Shown here: positions 9,960-19,905 of the stretch, piece by piece
Layout of the letters: every line of letters starts with the position of its first letter
How positions within the stretch are numbered: position 1 is the stretch's first letter
From: Terriglobia bacterium
Lineage (GTDB): Bacteria > Acidobacteriota > Terriglobia > JAJPHL01 > JAPKYU01
Length of the DNA: 64,000 nt
Assembly: GCA_965223005.1 (NCBI GenBank)
Contig: CBDCVK010000003.1
Coordinates: 72,465-136,464 of the forward strand
Direction: 5' to 3'
Made by a program: the position numbers and the translations under genes
The notes under the pieces: model-generated
Databases searched by the model: none
Seen by the model: only the letters and a program-made list of their open reading frames with translations
What the model was told of the DNA's origin: nothing

Positions 9960-10754
9960 TTAACCGAGGACCACGCCCACATCGGCGCCCTTATCGATTC
10001 CCAGGATTTTGGCGGCGGCACCCCGACTGGTGGCCAACTCCAGGTAGCCGGTGCTGCCCACGATGGCAAACAGGTCGCCCGGGGCGCTCTGGGCGTAGGC
10101 GAGGTTGAGTTTCGTAATCTCACTCTTGCCCGCCACAAACTTGAACGGCGGAGGGCTTTGCTGGAACAGCATGGGCAGGTCTTCGGGCGTGAAGTTAGTG
10201 ATGACGTTGCCGAACTTGTCCACCTTCAGCACCACTCCTTTAATCAGCCGCTCGTTCAGCGCCTTCGGCTTAGGAGGCTGGAAGCGGACATAGTCGCTCA
10301 CGTAGTCTCCGAACTTGCTCGTTTCGACCCCACGGCTTAACCAGGCGGCAATTGGGGCGAAGATGTCGCGGCCATGGAAGGTCTGGCTGACCGGGTTCAG
10401 GAAGTAGTGCTCAGAAGTGACGTGGCGCACGGTGTGCTCTTCGCCCGCCAACACCAGCGACAGCACCCCGTTATCCGGGCACAGGAAATAGTGCCTCTCG
10501 GTGGCGACCAGGATGGGGCGGCGGTGCGTGCCCACGCCGGGATCCACCACCACCACATGAATGGTCCAGGCGGGAAAGTGGCGGTAGGCCTGGGCGATCG
10601 TAAAGGCTCCGTCCAGGACGTCGAAGGAGCGGACTTCGTGACAGATATCGATGATTTGGGCCTCTGGAGTGATTCCTAGGATGACCCCCTTCATCGTTCC
10701 CACGAAATGGTCCGAGAGACCAAAGTCGCTGGTGAGCGTAATCAGCCGTGACAT
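9960..10754 (-). CDS. SAM hydrolase / SAM-dependent halogenase family (DUF62)
   Basis: Motifs ITLTSDFGLSDHFVGTMKGVI, VVVDPGVGT, TFHGRDIFAP and VDKFGNVITN. Confidence 0.92.
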   Translation of the reverse strand: MSRLITLTSDFGLSDHFVGTMKGVILGITPEAQIIDICHEVRSFDVLDGAFTIAQAYRHFPAWTIHVVVVDPGVGTHRRPILVATERHYFLCPDNGVLSLVLAGEEHTVRHVTSEHYFLNPVSQTFHGRDIFAPIAAWLSRGVETSKFGDYVSDYVRFQPPKPKALNERLIKGVVLKVDKFGNVITNFTPEDLPMLFQQSPPPFKFVAGKSEITKLNLAYAQSAPGDLFAIVGSTGYLELATSRGAAAKILGIDKGADVGVVLG

Positions 10755-10956
10755 ACTTAGGGCAATATCGGCGAAATGGGGAGGGCGTGTCAAGCACGCT
10801 GGCAGCCGGCGGCTGATCCTGCCGGAGCGAACGCGCCTAATTCAGCGGCCAGTATATGGGCGACCCCGCTGCAACGAGGGGTTCGCCCGCATTCCGGACC
10901 CGCATTCCGGAAAGGCTGAATCCTAGACCCTGCCAGTGTGCCGCATAGTTTGCGTT

Positions 10957-12735
10957 CTACTCTTCACCGGGTGGGGACTGGCAGAGCGAGGAAGCCTGGC
11001 CCAATTGGGCGGGCGGAAACAGCAGCACCACCCGCCGGTTGAGTTCACTGGGGCCGGGCACATCCTCAACGGGTTCCCGCTCCCCCTTGCCCTGGACCGT
11101 GTCGCCCAGATCAGCAAGGAGTTGTTGCCGCCCGGATGGGTCCCTTTGTGAGGACGCGTAGCTCATCCCGGAGAGTTTCTTCACCGTCGCAAGGCGCTGC
11201 TCGAGGTCCTCGCGGGCGAGGTCTTCAGTTTCGTTGCTGAGCTCCTCCTCGAGGAAATAGTGCTGGACGGCAAGGGCGCGCTGCTCAGAGAGCCACTGGT
11301 TATAGTCGTCTTTCCCAACGCGGTCCGTGTGGCCTTCGTAGCGGACTTCAGCATTGGGAAAGAGCAGCATGCGCAGCACAGTCAGCTTGGAGAGATTCTC
11401 CCGCGCGGTAGGACGCAGTTTAGAACTGCCGAAGTCGAAAAGAATGTCGGAAGCCAGTGTGAGCACCATGCTACCGCCCTGTTCAGTCAACTGGCCGAGG
11501 GAGGCGAGCTGACGACGGAGTTCGGCACAGATCGCCTCCCGGTCCTCACGGAGACGCGCATTCTGTGCGCGGGCCTCATCGAGGGCTTCCTGCAGGGCAC
11601 GGAGTCTGTCTTCGGCCTCGGCGCGACGTCGCCGCTCAGCGGCAAGCTCTGCTTCCAGTTCCTTCATCCTGTCGCGCAGGGCGGCCAGCTCTTTCCTACA
11701 TTCTTCGGCCTCGGCGCGGAGACTAGCTAGCTCCTTCCGGCATTCATCGACCTCGGCGCGGAGCTTGTCCAGTTCGCGGGCAAGTTTCCGGACGTAGATG
11801 CCGCCGACAGCGCCTAGGGCAAGGGCACGCGCATTTTCTGCAATTTGGGCTGCAGTGCGGGCAAATTGAACCGCCTCACGGCTGCTCCCGTCGGCGCCGA
11901 ATGCTTCTTCGGCCTGAGCCAAGTATGCGCGCGCCCGCGCGAAGGTCTCGCGTGTGCGGGCTTCGTCGGGGAGCGGTTTCTCCCCCTTCGGGGTCGGGGT
12001 TGCCAGGATTCCAGATTTGGAAGCCAGCTCAACGGCTTTGCGCGCCTGCAGGAGCTCGTTGGGGACAGAAGAGTCAGGGGAGGCAGGCGAGGTATCGTAG
12101 CGACTGTAGTAAGTGTAGTAGAGGAGCTTGCCGGGAACAGGCAGGGCTTTGTTGCTTGTTTGGCTGTCATCCTGGTTGACGCTGTAGAGGACGACGACAG
12201 GGCTGGGATCGTTGACCGCAAAGTCGGGCTCGGCGGTGAGCATCAGCCAGAAGGTTTGGTAGGGAGTGGTGACGTTGATGCTCACGGGCCTGCCGCTCTC
12301 AAACGTGATCTCACCCAGATTCATTGCTTCGCCATCCACCGAGACGGCCCAAAGGACATAGGTCAGGAAGTCTTTGCCAAAGTATCGGGCGGGTCGAAGT
12401 CTCTTGATGTCGCCACGGTTAATATCGATCTCGATGAAACCCCGGCGACTTCCGATTTTCATGCGCGCCGAAGCAGCAGGTTCGACCTTGGTGCCCTTCA
12501 TCTCGACCACGGTAGATCCCGTGAGATGCCGGAAGCTGAGGATCTGTCCGCCCGGTTCCGTAACCTCGACGGCCTCAATGCTTGCGGGTAAGGTGACAGT
12601 CGCAGGCGTTGGCTGCTGGGAGTGCAGCGAGCTAACGACCAACAACGCGGCAATGAAGGCCAAGGCAAGGCACAAAGGTTGGCTGCTGTGCACAGGATTC
12701 ACCCCTTCCGCAATTCGCCCCATATATTCTCTCAT
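10957..12735 (-). CDS. OmpA-family peptidoglycan-binding protein with central coiled coil
   Basis: Signal peptide, coiled coil, then DILFDFGS, EGHTDRVG..YNQWLSEQRA and NRRV motifs. Confidence 0.85.
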   Translation of the reverse strand: MREYMGRIAEGVNPVHSSQPLCLALAFIAALLVVSSLHSQQPTPATVTLPASIEAVEVTEPGGQILSFRHLTGSTVVEMKGTKVEPAASARMKIGSRRGFIEIDINRGDIKRLRPARYFGKDFLTYVLWAVSVDGEAMNLGEITFESGRPVSINVTTPYQTFWLMLTAEPDFAVNDPSPVVVLYSVNQDDSQTSNKALPVPGKLLYYTYYSRYDTSPASPDSSVPNELLQARKAVELASKSGILATPTPKGEKPLPDEARTRETFARARAYLAQAEEAFGADGSSREAVQFARTAAQIAENARALALGAVGGIYVRKLARELDKLRAEVDECRKELASLRAEAEECRKELAALRDRMKELEAELAAERRRRAEAEDRLRALQEALDEARAQNARLREDREAICAELRRQLASLGQLTEQGGSMVLTLASDILFDFGSSKLRPTARENLSKLTVLRMLLFPNAEVRYEGHTDRVGKDDYNQWLSEQRALAVQHYFLEEELSNETEDLAREDLEQRLATVKKLSGMSYASSQRDPSGRQQLLADLGDTVQGKGEREPVEDVPGPSELNRRVVLLFPPAQLGQASSLCQSPPGEE

Positions 12736-12915
12736 CGTTATAAACGAGTCAATCCAACTCTCCAGTGCGGGAGGTGCCGGTGTCTTTCCCTCTCAACCTG
12801 CGAGTCAAGCCCACAGCACCCGGCCGAGCTGTTTGCGCCTTGGGTACTAGCGAGATACTGGGTAATGCTAGAATAGGAATTTGATGCAGCGTTGCTGGAG
12901 TATGTGACGGAGTGA

Positions 12916-14103
<1,188 letters not shown>

Positions 14104-14106
<3 letters not shown>

Positions 14107-14160
14107 GAATTAAGAATGAAGAAATGAGAAGTAGGGGGGAAGAATTCTTCACTCATAACT
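14104..14160. repeat. Degenerate AT-rich heptamer-like repeats (GAAT-type) with a partial inverted copy
   Basis: tgagaattaagaatgaagaaatgagaagt followed by attcttcactca, between iscS and mnmA. Confidence 0.45.
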
Positions 14161-14173
14161 GTTCGGTGCTTTT

Positions 14174-15286
14174 ATGAAGCCAACCGTAGTCGTGGCCATG
14201 AGCGGCGGCGTAGACAGCTCCACCGTCGCCGCGCTGCTTTGTGGCCAGCAGGACAACGTGATCGGGCTGACGATGCAGCTCTGGAACCAGCGGCGCCTGG
14301 CCGGCTTTCCCGGGATGCCGGAGAGCAGCCACGGGCGCTGCTGTTCGCTGGAGGATGTCTACGACGCCCGCCGTGTCGCTCAGCACTTGGGGTTGCCCTA
14401 CTACGTCGTGAACCACGAGGCCCGCTTCGAGCAGGACGTGGTGCGGCCCTTCATCGAGGACTACCTGGCGGGGCGTACACCCATCCCCTGCGCGTTGTGT
14501 AACAATTCGCTGAAGTTCGACGAGTTGCTGCGGACGGCGCGGCAGATCGGCGCCGAGATGGTGGCTACCGGGCACTACGCGCGGCTGGAGCGCGACCCGG
14601 CTTCAGCCCGCTACCGGCTGCGCCGCGCGGTGGACCCCTCCAAGGACCAATCCTATTTCCTTTTCGGCCTGACGCAGGAGCAGTTGAGCCGGACGCTATT
14701 TCCGCTGGGAGAGCTGACCAAGCACCAGGTGCGCGAGTGCGCGCGCGGCGCGGGCCTGCCCGTGGCCGACAAGCCCGATTCGCACGAGCTGTGCTTCGTG
14801 CCCGGCAACGACTACACACGCTTTATCGAGGCCTACTTCGCCGAGCGCGGGCAGCCCGTGCCCGCCGCGCCGGGCCCGGTGGTGGACAGCCAGGGACGCC
14901 GGCTGGGCCAGCACAACGGCATCCAGCGATTCACCGTAGGGCAGCGCAAGGGATTAGGAGTGGCCGCAGGACGCCCGCTCTACGTTCTACACATTGAGCC
15001 GGCCACTGCCGAGGTCACTGTGGGCGAGGACGCTGAGCTGTTTGGCACCACGGCACTGGTCTCCCGCCTCAACTGGGTTTCGCTGGCTTCGCCCGATGGG
15101 CCCGTCCGGGCTGAGGTGAAGATTCGCTACCGCCATCAGCCCGCGCCTGCCACCGTCACGCCGCTAGATGACGACCACGCGCGGGTGGACTTCGACGTAC
15201 CCCAGCGCGCCGTCACCCCCGGGCAAGCGGCGGTTTTCTACCAAGACGACCTGCTGCTGGGCGGCGGCTGGATCGACGGCAAATAG
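14174..15286 (+). CDS. mnmA: tRNA 2-thiouridylase MnmA
   Basis: Motifs AMSGGVDS, TPIPCALCN, ATGHYAR, KDQSYFL and TPGQAAVFY. Confidence 0.96.
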   Translation: MKPTVVVAMSGGVDSSTVAALLCGQQDNVIGLTMQLWNQRRLAGFPGMPESSHGRCCSLEDVYDARRVAQHLGLPYYVVNHEARFEQDVVRPFIEDYLAGRTPIPCALCNNSLKFDELLRTARQIGAEMVATGHYARLERDPASARYRLRRAVDPSKDQSYFLFGLTQEQLSRTLFPLGELTKHQVRECARGAGLPVADKPDSHELCFVPGNDYTRFIEAYFAERGQPVPAAPGPVVDSQGRRLGQHNGIQRFTVGQRKGLGVAAGRPLYVLHIEPATAEVTVGEDAELFGTTALVSRLNWVSLASPDGPVRAEVKIRYRHQPAPATVTPLDDDHARVDFDVPQRAVTPGQAAVFYQDDLLLGGGWIDGK

Positions 15287-15345
15287 CCAGGGCAGAAACT
15301 TTCGGTTCCAGTCGTTATTTCTGAAGCGGGAACCCGGAGTAGTTA

Positions 15346-16089
15346 TCAGTTTCCGTCTGAGAATATTTTTCCGGCTCCCGCGAGTGAGGCGGTCCTGCCT
15401 TTGAACGAATCGATCAGGGGAAGGAAAAGCTCTCCTACGGCCCGCGCGAACTGGTCGCGACAGAAAAGGACGATGACCAGGACCTGGTTGCCGGAATACA
15501 CGCCCCCGGTCCCGAACACGCTTTTCACCTGATAGGCGGAAACAAAGTCTTGTGAGGCGATGATATTCCTGCCTTGCTGATCTTTCGCCTGGGCGGCGTT
15601 GTCCACAAAAAACAAGCCCGCCGAACGGCCCACGGTTTTCTGAAGGATTTCCGAGTCGCGCGTGTCGACCCACTCCAGGGGAACGCCGAGTTCCTTCAGC
15701 AGGCGAGAGATCATCGGAATGGCGTCCACGAAGGCTGAGGAAATCAACGGGATCCCCATATGGCCTTTGGAATTGCGACGGTCATTCCAGTCCGCCTCCT
15801 GGCCGTGCGTCCCCAACAGCGACAGCACCAGGGTATTGCCTTTTAACTGGCCTCCCGCCCCGGCCGACTCGGCCAGCTTTCGCACAAATTCTTGATTCGT
15901 CTTCGGCAGGGAGTCGAATGGAACAGTGAGAAAGGCACGGGCCAGAACAGCCGATTCACTGAACTTCGCGTGCAGCCCGCGGGCCAACTACTGGGCAGCT
16001 TCCTCCAGCGATGCCGCCTGCCGCGCCTTTGCCTCAACCTGACCCCAAAGTTCTGCAAGGACTGCCGATGTCGCGTGCTCGATCTTCAT
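15346..16089 (-). pseudogene. Conserved hypothetical protein (GAF-like sensor family) interrupted by an in-frame TAG at 15988-15990
   Basis: GGAGG SD before ATG at 16089; MKIEHA...SLEEAAQ*LARGLH... continues in the same frame for 213 aa, with WNDRRNSKGH..IPL, PMISRLLKELG and FV..Y.VKSVFG.GG motifs. Confidence 0.65.
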
Positions 16090-16474
16090 GACTCTTCCTC
16101 CGCGCCCTGATTGCATCGATCCTAAGAATGCAACGACAGCGTGCAAGATAGCAGCCCAGGCGCGCAGTGTCCATTTCAATCAACAGCGAGCAGTGGGGAG
16201 AAGCTGGCGCTGCGTCGGGGAGCCCACAGTGCCTTGAACAACGAGTAGCTTTCTCTAAGCAAAGGCAATTCCAATCCACCAGGCAGCCACCGCGGACCAG
16301 CCGGGAGGGCACGCCTCTGCCGGTGACCACAAATTTGTTCGACCTGCGAGCTACGCCCCAGCCGACACCGTGGTATATTAACCGGGCGAAAATTAGGCAG
16401 GAAGGCCCCCTGCCAGGGGGTTTGATTGAGCATTGCAAGGAACCTGCCACTGAACTTAAGGAAGGAGATTGTAG

Positions 16475-17782
16475 ATGCTAGAGCAGCAGCCGGAGACAGC
16501 CAGTTCCCCTCCGCCGTTCCGTTTGGACGTGCAGGTGCATGACCTGTTGATGAAGCCGAAGCCCAAGTCCCTGGTGCCGCCTCCACTTGCGGCAGAGCCC
16601 CAAGTGTTGCCGGTGCCCGCATTTCCGGAGCACCCGGAACTGTTCCGCGAGGATGACTCCGACATTATCGAGATGGAGCGCAAGGCTCTCAATGGCCGCC
16701 GGCCCTGGAGCGGGCCTCTCGTTGCTCGGGCGCTGCGGGGCTGGGCGGTTCCCTACTTCAAGTCGCGCATCTTGCCAGGGGACTTCCACCCGATCATCGC
16801 CTACCTGTTCACTGAATGGAAGTGCAACCTGGACTGCCATTACTGCTGGTCCTTCGACAACAACGTGAAAGGCATGACCGAAGACACAGCCAAGCGCTCC
16901 ATTGACTGGTTGCACTCCACCACCTGCCGGGTGCTGGCGCTGATGGGCGGCGAGCCGCTTCTGCGTCCCCAGTTCGTACACAAGGTAGTGTCCTACGCCG
17001 CTAAGAAAGGCTTCTGGGTGTACCTGCCCACAAACGCCCGTCTGCTGCGACCCGAAGTGCTCGACTGGCTGGGCGATGCGGGACTTGCCACGATCAACTT
17101 TGCGGTGGACGTCGTGGACGAAAAACCCGGGCTGCCCAAGGCGCTGACGCCGGTGCGCAAGTATTTTGATTACCTGCTCAAAAAACAATACCGGTACGGC
17201 ATCACGACCGCCTTCAACATCAACATCTGCCGCAACAATCACGAGGACGTCAAGCAGCTCACGGAAATCGCGCATGACAACGCGATCATCACCGATTACC
17301 ACATCAACGAGTCGCCGATGGTCGAGCAGGACCACTTTAAGCACATGGACGAGAACAGCACCTTTATCACTCCGGAAGATTTCCCGAAAGTGGACGCGCT
17401 GGTGGATTGGCTCATCGAGAAGAACCAGCAAGGCTACAAGATGGTGAACTCTACCCAGCGCTTGCAGGGCATGAAGGAGTTCATGCGCGGCAAGGTGAAG
17501 CCGTGGAACTGCCGTGCTGGTCAGAACTCGATGATCATCCGGGTGGACGGCACGCTGGCCCCCTGCTTCCCCATGTATTCGGCCACCTACGACTGGGGAA
17601 CCATTGAGAATCACAAGTTCCAGGTCTCCCAGCTCGACCACATGAAACAGTCCTGCCAGACGCATTGCTTTTCGACCCTGAACCACAATCTGGGGTTCTG
17701 CTATAACGACGCCCGCGTCCTCCGCTGGATCATGCGGCAGGCGCGGCACGGCTTCCAGGGGGTCACGGGCAGCTTCGACTAA
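16475..17782 (+). CDS. Radical SAM enzyme with C-terminal SPASM/twitch-like Cys motifs
   Basis: CNLDCHYC (CxxxCxxC), MGGEPLL, CRAG...VDGTLAPC and CQTHC; AAGGAG SD. Confidence 0.9.
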   Translation: MLEQQPETASSPPPFRLDVQVHDLLMKPKPKSLVPPPLAAEPQVLPVPAFPEHPELFREDDSDIIEMERKALNGRRPWSGPLVARALRGWAVPYFKSRILPGDFHPIIAYLFTEWKCNLDCHYCWSFDNNVKGMTEDTAKRSIDWLHSTTCRVLALMGGEPLLRPQFVHKVVSYAAKKGFWVYLPTNARLLRPEVLDWLGDAGLATINFAVDVVDEKPGLPKALTPVRKYFDYLLKKQYRYGITTAFNINICRNNHEDVKQLTEIAHDNAIITDYHINESPMVEQDHFKHMDENSTFITPEDFPKVDALVDWLIEKNQQGYKMVNSTQRLQGMKEFMRGKVKPWNCRAGQNSMIIRVDGTLAPCFPMYSATYDWGTIENHKFQVSQLDHMKQSCQTHCFSTLNHNLGFCYNDARVLRWIMRQARHGFQGVTGSFD

Positions 17783-17804
17783 GGTTCAACCGGCCAATCT
17801 GCAG

Positions 17805-17837
17805 CAAAAATGCCGGAGCTCTGCTCCGGCATTTTTG
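17805..17837. terminator. Bidirectional intrinsic terminator
   Basis: Perfect inverted repeat caaaaatgccggagc-tct-gctccggcatttttg between the convergent radical SAM and phoD genes. Confidence 0.85.
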
Positions 17838-17980
17838 TGCTCTCACACAAACCGGGCAGCGCGACTTGTGTGCGAGCGTCGGATAGGTGTCCGCGAAGGA
17901 TGGACGATGCGGTGCGGCGCTGGAAAGGGAGCGACGTTCCATTCCCGGAAAAGGCAGCAGCCCAGCCCGCGAACAGCATC

Positions 17981-19837
17981 CTACTGGCTGGCCGTTATCG
18001 CTTCCGCGTAGCGGAGTTCTCCCGTGAGGCCATCGTAATATTGGAAAACTACCTGAGGAACGGGGAAAGCCAACCAGCGATCTTCACCCGGTCGGAGAGG
18101 ATTGTTAAAGACGTTATTGATCTGCACCACGCAGTACAGAGGGTACTGGAGGTTCTGGCGGGGGATATCGTCCAGGAAGTAGCTGGACCAGCGGATTTGG
18201 CTTCGGCGTCCGCGGGAGTCGAACCATCCGGTGGGCGGACGCCCGCTTTCATCGCTGGCGCGGTGATTCCCTGAGTTGTGCGGTCCGGAGGCAAACTCCC
18301 ACACGCGGTCGGTGATCTTGATCGCAAAGCTGTTGTGGAGGTCCCCGGTGAGAACAAACACGGGCTTACCCAATGAATCCCAGAAACGGATAAGTTCCTC
18401 ACGTTCCTCAAGGAAGACTGTCCACGCATCGTCCTTGTTCGAGGGGCGGACTCCTCCACCGCCCACGTGCGGAATCATAAAGTTCACTGAGGAGACCACG
18501 AAGAAAAAGTCGGCATCACTGCGCGACATCCCCTCCCTCAGCCAGGCCTTTTGACGCCGGCCGAGCATCGAGAGGCCCGGTTTGTCGGGGTGGCGGACAT
18601 CATGCATTTGGCGGTGGGTCCGGGTGTCGAGCACGAAGAAATCGGAGTTACTGATGCGCAGATGGTAGTAGGAGCGACGACCGATGGAATAAGAGGGACG
18701 GCCGTCGTGCTTGGGGACAGGTCGGATGCGGAGACGATGCTTGTCGAGCACTTCGACGATGTCGTAGACGCCGGCATTGGGATCACCGCCGATCGCGTCG
18801 AGCCGGTTGTCGTTCACCCCTGCCGTCGGCCCACCCCAGTGGACGTGGAGATTGGCTGACTGGGCCAGGTCTAAACCAGTGAAGTCGGCGCGGGGATCGG
18901 TGAGAACTTCGCTCCCCGCCTTCAGCTCAGCCTGCCCAAAATAGATTCCCTGGGTGTGTGGCACCGGGTTGCTCCAGCCCAGGTAGTCGTACCACGCTTG
19001 TACGCCTATATCCCGGAAGATGGCGCGGCGGTCTCGTAAACCCGCTGAGCCTGCTCCCCAAACGTCGTTCAGAATTTCGTGATCGTCGAAAGTGAAGAAG
19101 GAGGGGATCTGCCGGTGCCATGCGGCAAGGTTTTTGCCTCGTTCCAAGTAGATCTTGTAGTTTTCCCATACGCCGACGATGGTGGGAGCGTAGCGAACGA
19201 CCGGAGGCATCTCCTCGCGCGTGCGCTGAACCTGCCGGAGCCATTGCTGGGAGGAATACTCGCGGCGATCCTCATAGAGCCAGTCACCGTTCTGAATTGC
19301 GAAGTGGATTTTGTCCCTAAGCTGGTCGAGCATGGTCTTGAAGGCTGGGCCATCGGGACCGGCGCCTCCGCCGCGATCCTGGTTGTTGCCGCAAGCAAAC
19401 TCAAAGCGAAAGTTGAACAGACCGCGTGGATTGAGCTCGGGATGGCGAAAATCATCGGGGTCAGGAAGGGTTCGGAACGAGCCGCGATGGTCAGTATCAG
19501 GGACGCCCGCCGCTACCTGGTAATAGTACTTGGTGTTGGACTGGAGACCCTGAATTAGCAACCAACCGGTGTTGTCGCGTTCGAGCCGGGTGGTGGCCGA
19601 CGGGGACAAGTTGTCAAGTTTTTCAGGCTTGAGTCCGTAACGGACCTGAAAGGTCCCCGGCTGCGAGGTTCGTACCCAAATGCCGATCTGGTGAGCGCCG
19701 GGTCGGCCGAGGATCGGCCCGTGAGTAATCCGCACTGCTTGCTCGGTCTTGGATTTTTCCGGCGCAAACACCGGAAGGGCCAGCATCAAAGCCAATCCCA
19801 ATCCCAAAACCGAAGAGATTCGTATCCCCTGCATCAT
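17981..19837 (-). CDS. PhoD-like alkaline phosphatase/phosphodiesterase
   Basis: FN3-like N-terminal domain and motifs NGDWLYED, FDDHEILND, LDTR, LGRRQKAWL and LTGDLH. Confidence 0.85.
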   Translation of the reverse strand: MMQGIRISSVLGLGLALMLALPVFAPEKSKTEQAVRITHGPILGRPGAHQIGIWVRTSQPGTFQVRYGLKPEKLDNLSPSATTRLERDNTGWLLIQGLQSNTKYYYQVAAGVPDTDHRGSFRTLPDPDDFRHPELNPRGLFNFRFEFACGNNQDRGGGAGPDGPAFKTMLDQLRDKIHFAIQNGDWLYEDRREYSSQQWLRQVQRTREEMPPVVRYAPTIVGVWENYKIYLERGKNLAAWHRQIPSFFTFDDHEILNDVWGAGSAGLRDRRAIFRDIGVQAWYDYLGWSNPVPHTQGIYFGQAELKAGSEVLTDPRADFTGLDLAQSANLHVHWGGPTAGVNDNRLDAIGGDPNAGVYDIVEVLDKHRLRIRPVPKHDGRPSYSIGRRSYYHLRISNSDFFVLDTRTHRQMHDVRHPDKPGLSMLGRRQKAWLREGMSRSDADFFFVVSSVNFMIPHVGGGGVRPSNKDDAWTVFLEEREELIRFWDSLGKPVFVLTGDLHNSFAIKITDRVWEFASGPHNSGNHRASDESGRPPTGWFDSRGRRSQIRWSSYFLDDIPRQNLQYPLYCVVQINNVFNNPLRPGEDRWLAFPVPQVVFQYYDGLTGELRYAEAITASQ

Positions 19838-19905
19838 TGATTCCTAAGAAGACGCTCAGTTGAGCTATTCCTCCAGCGGACCCGTGAGGCCTCAAGCCTC
19901 TTCGC

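Noticed and set aside
15988-15990. Genome-wide TAG reassignment
   Set aside because: TAG terminates several well-conserved genes here at their expected ends (tolQ, tolB, mnmA, frdA)
16478-17749. 423-aa antisense ORF over the radical SAM gene (similar ORFs lie over tolB, tolQR, frdA and the FAAL gene)
   Set aside because: Antisense shadow ORFs are expected in GC-rich coding DNA, and these carry no recognisable motifs
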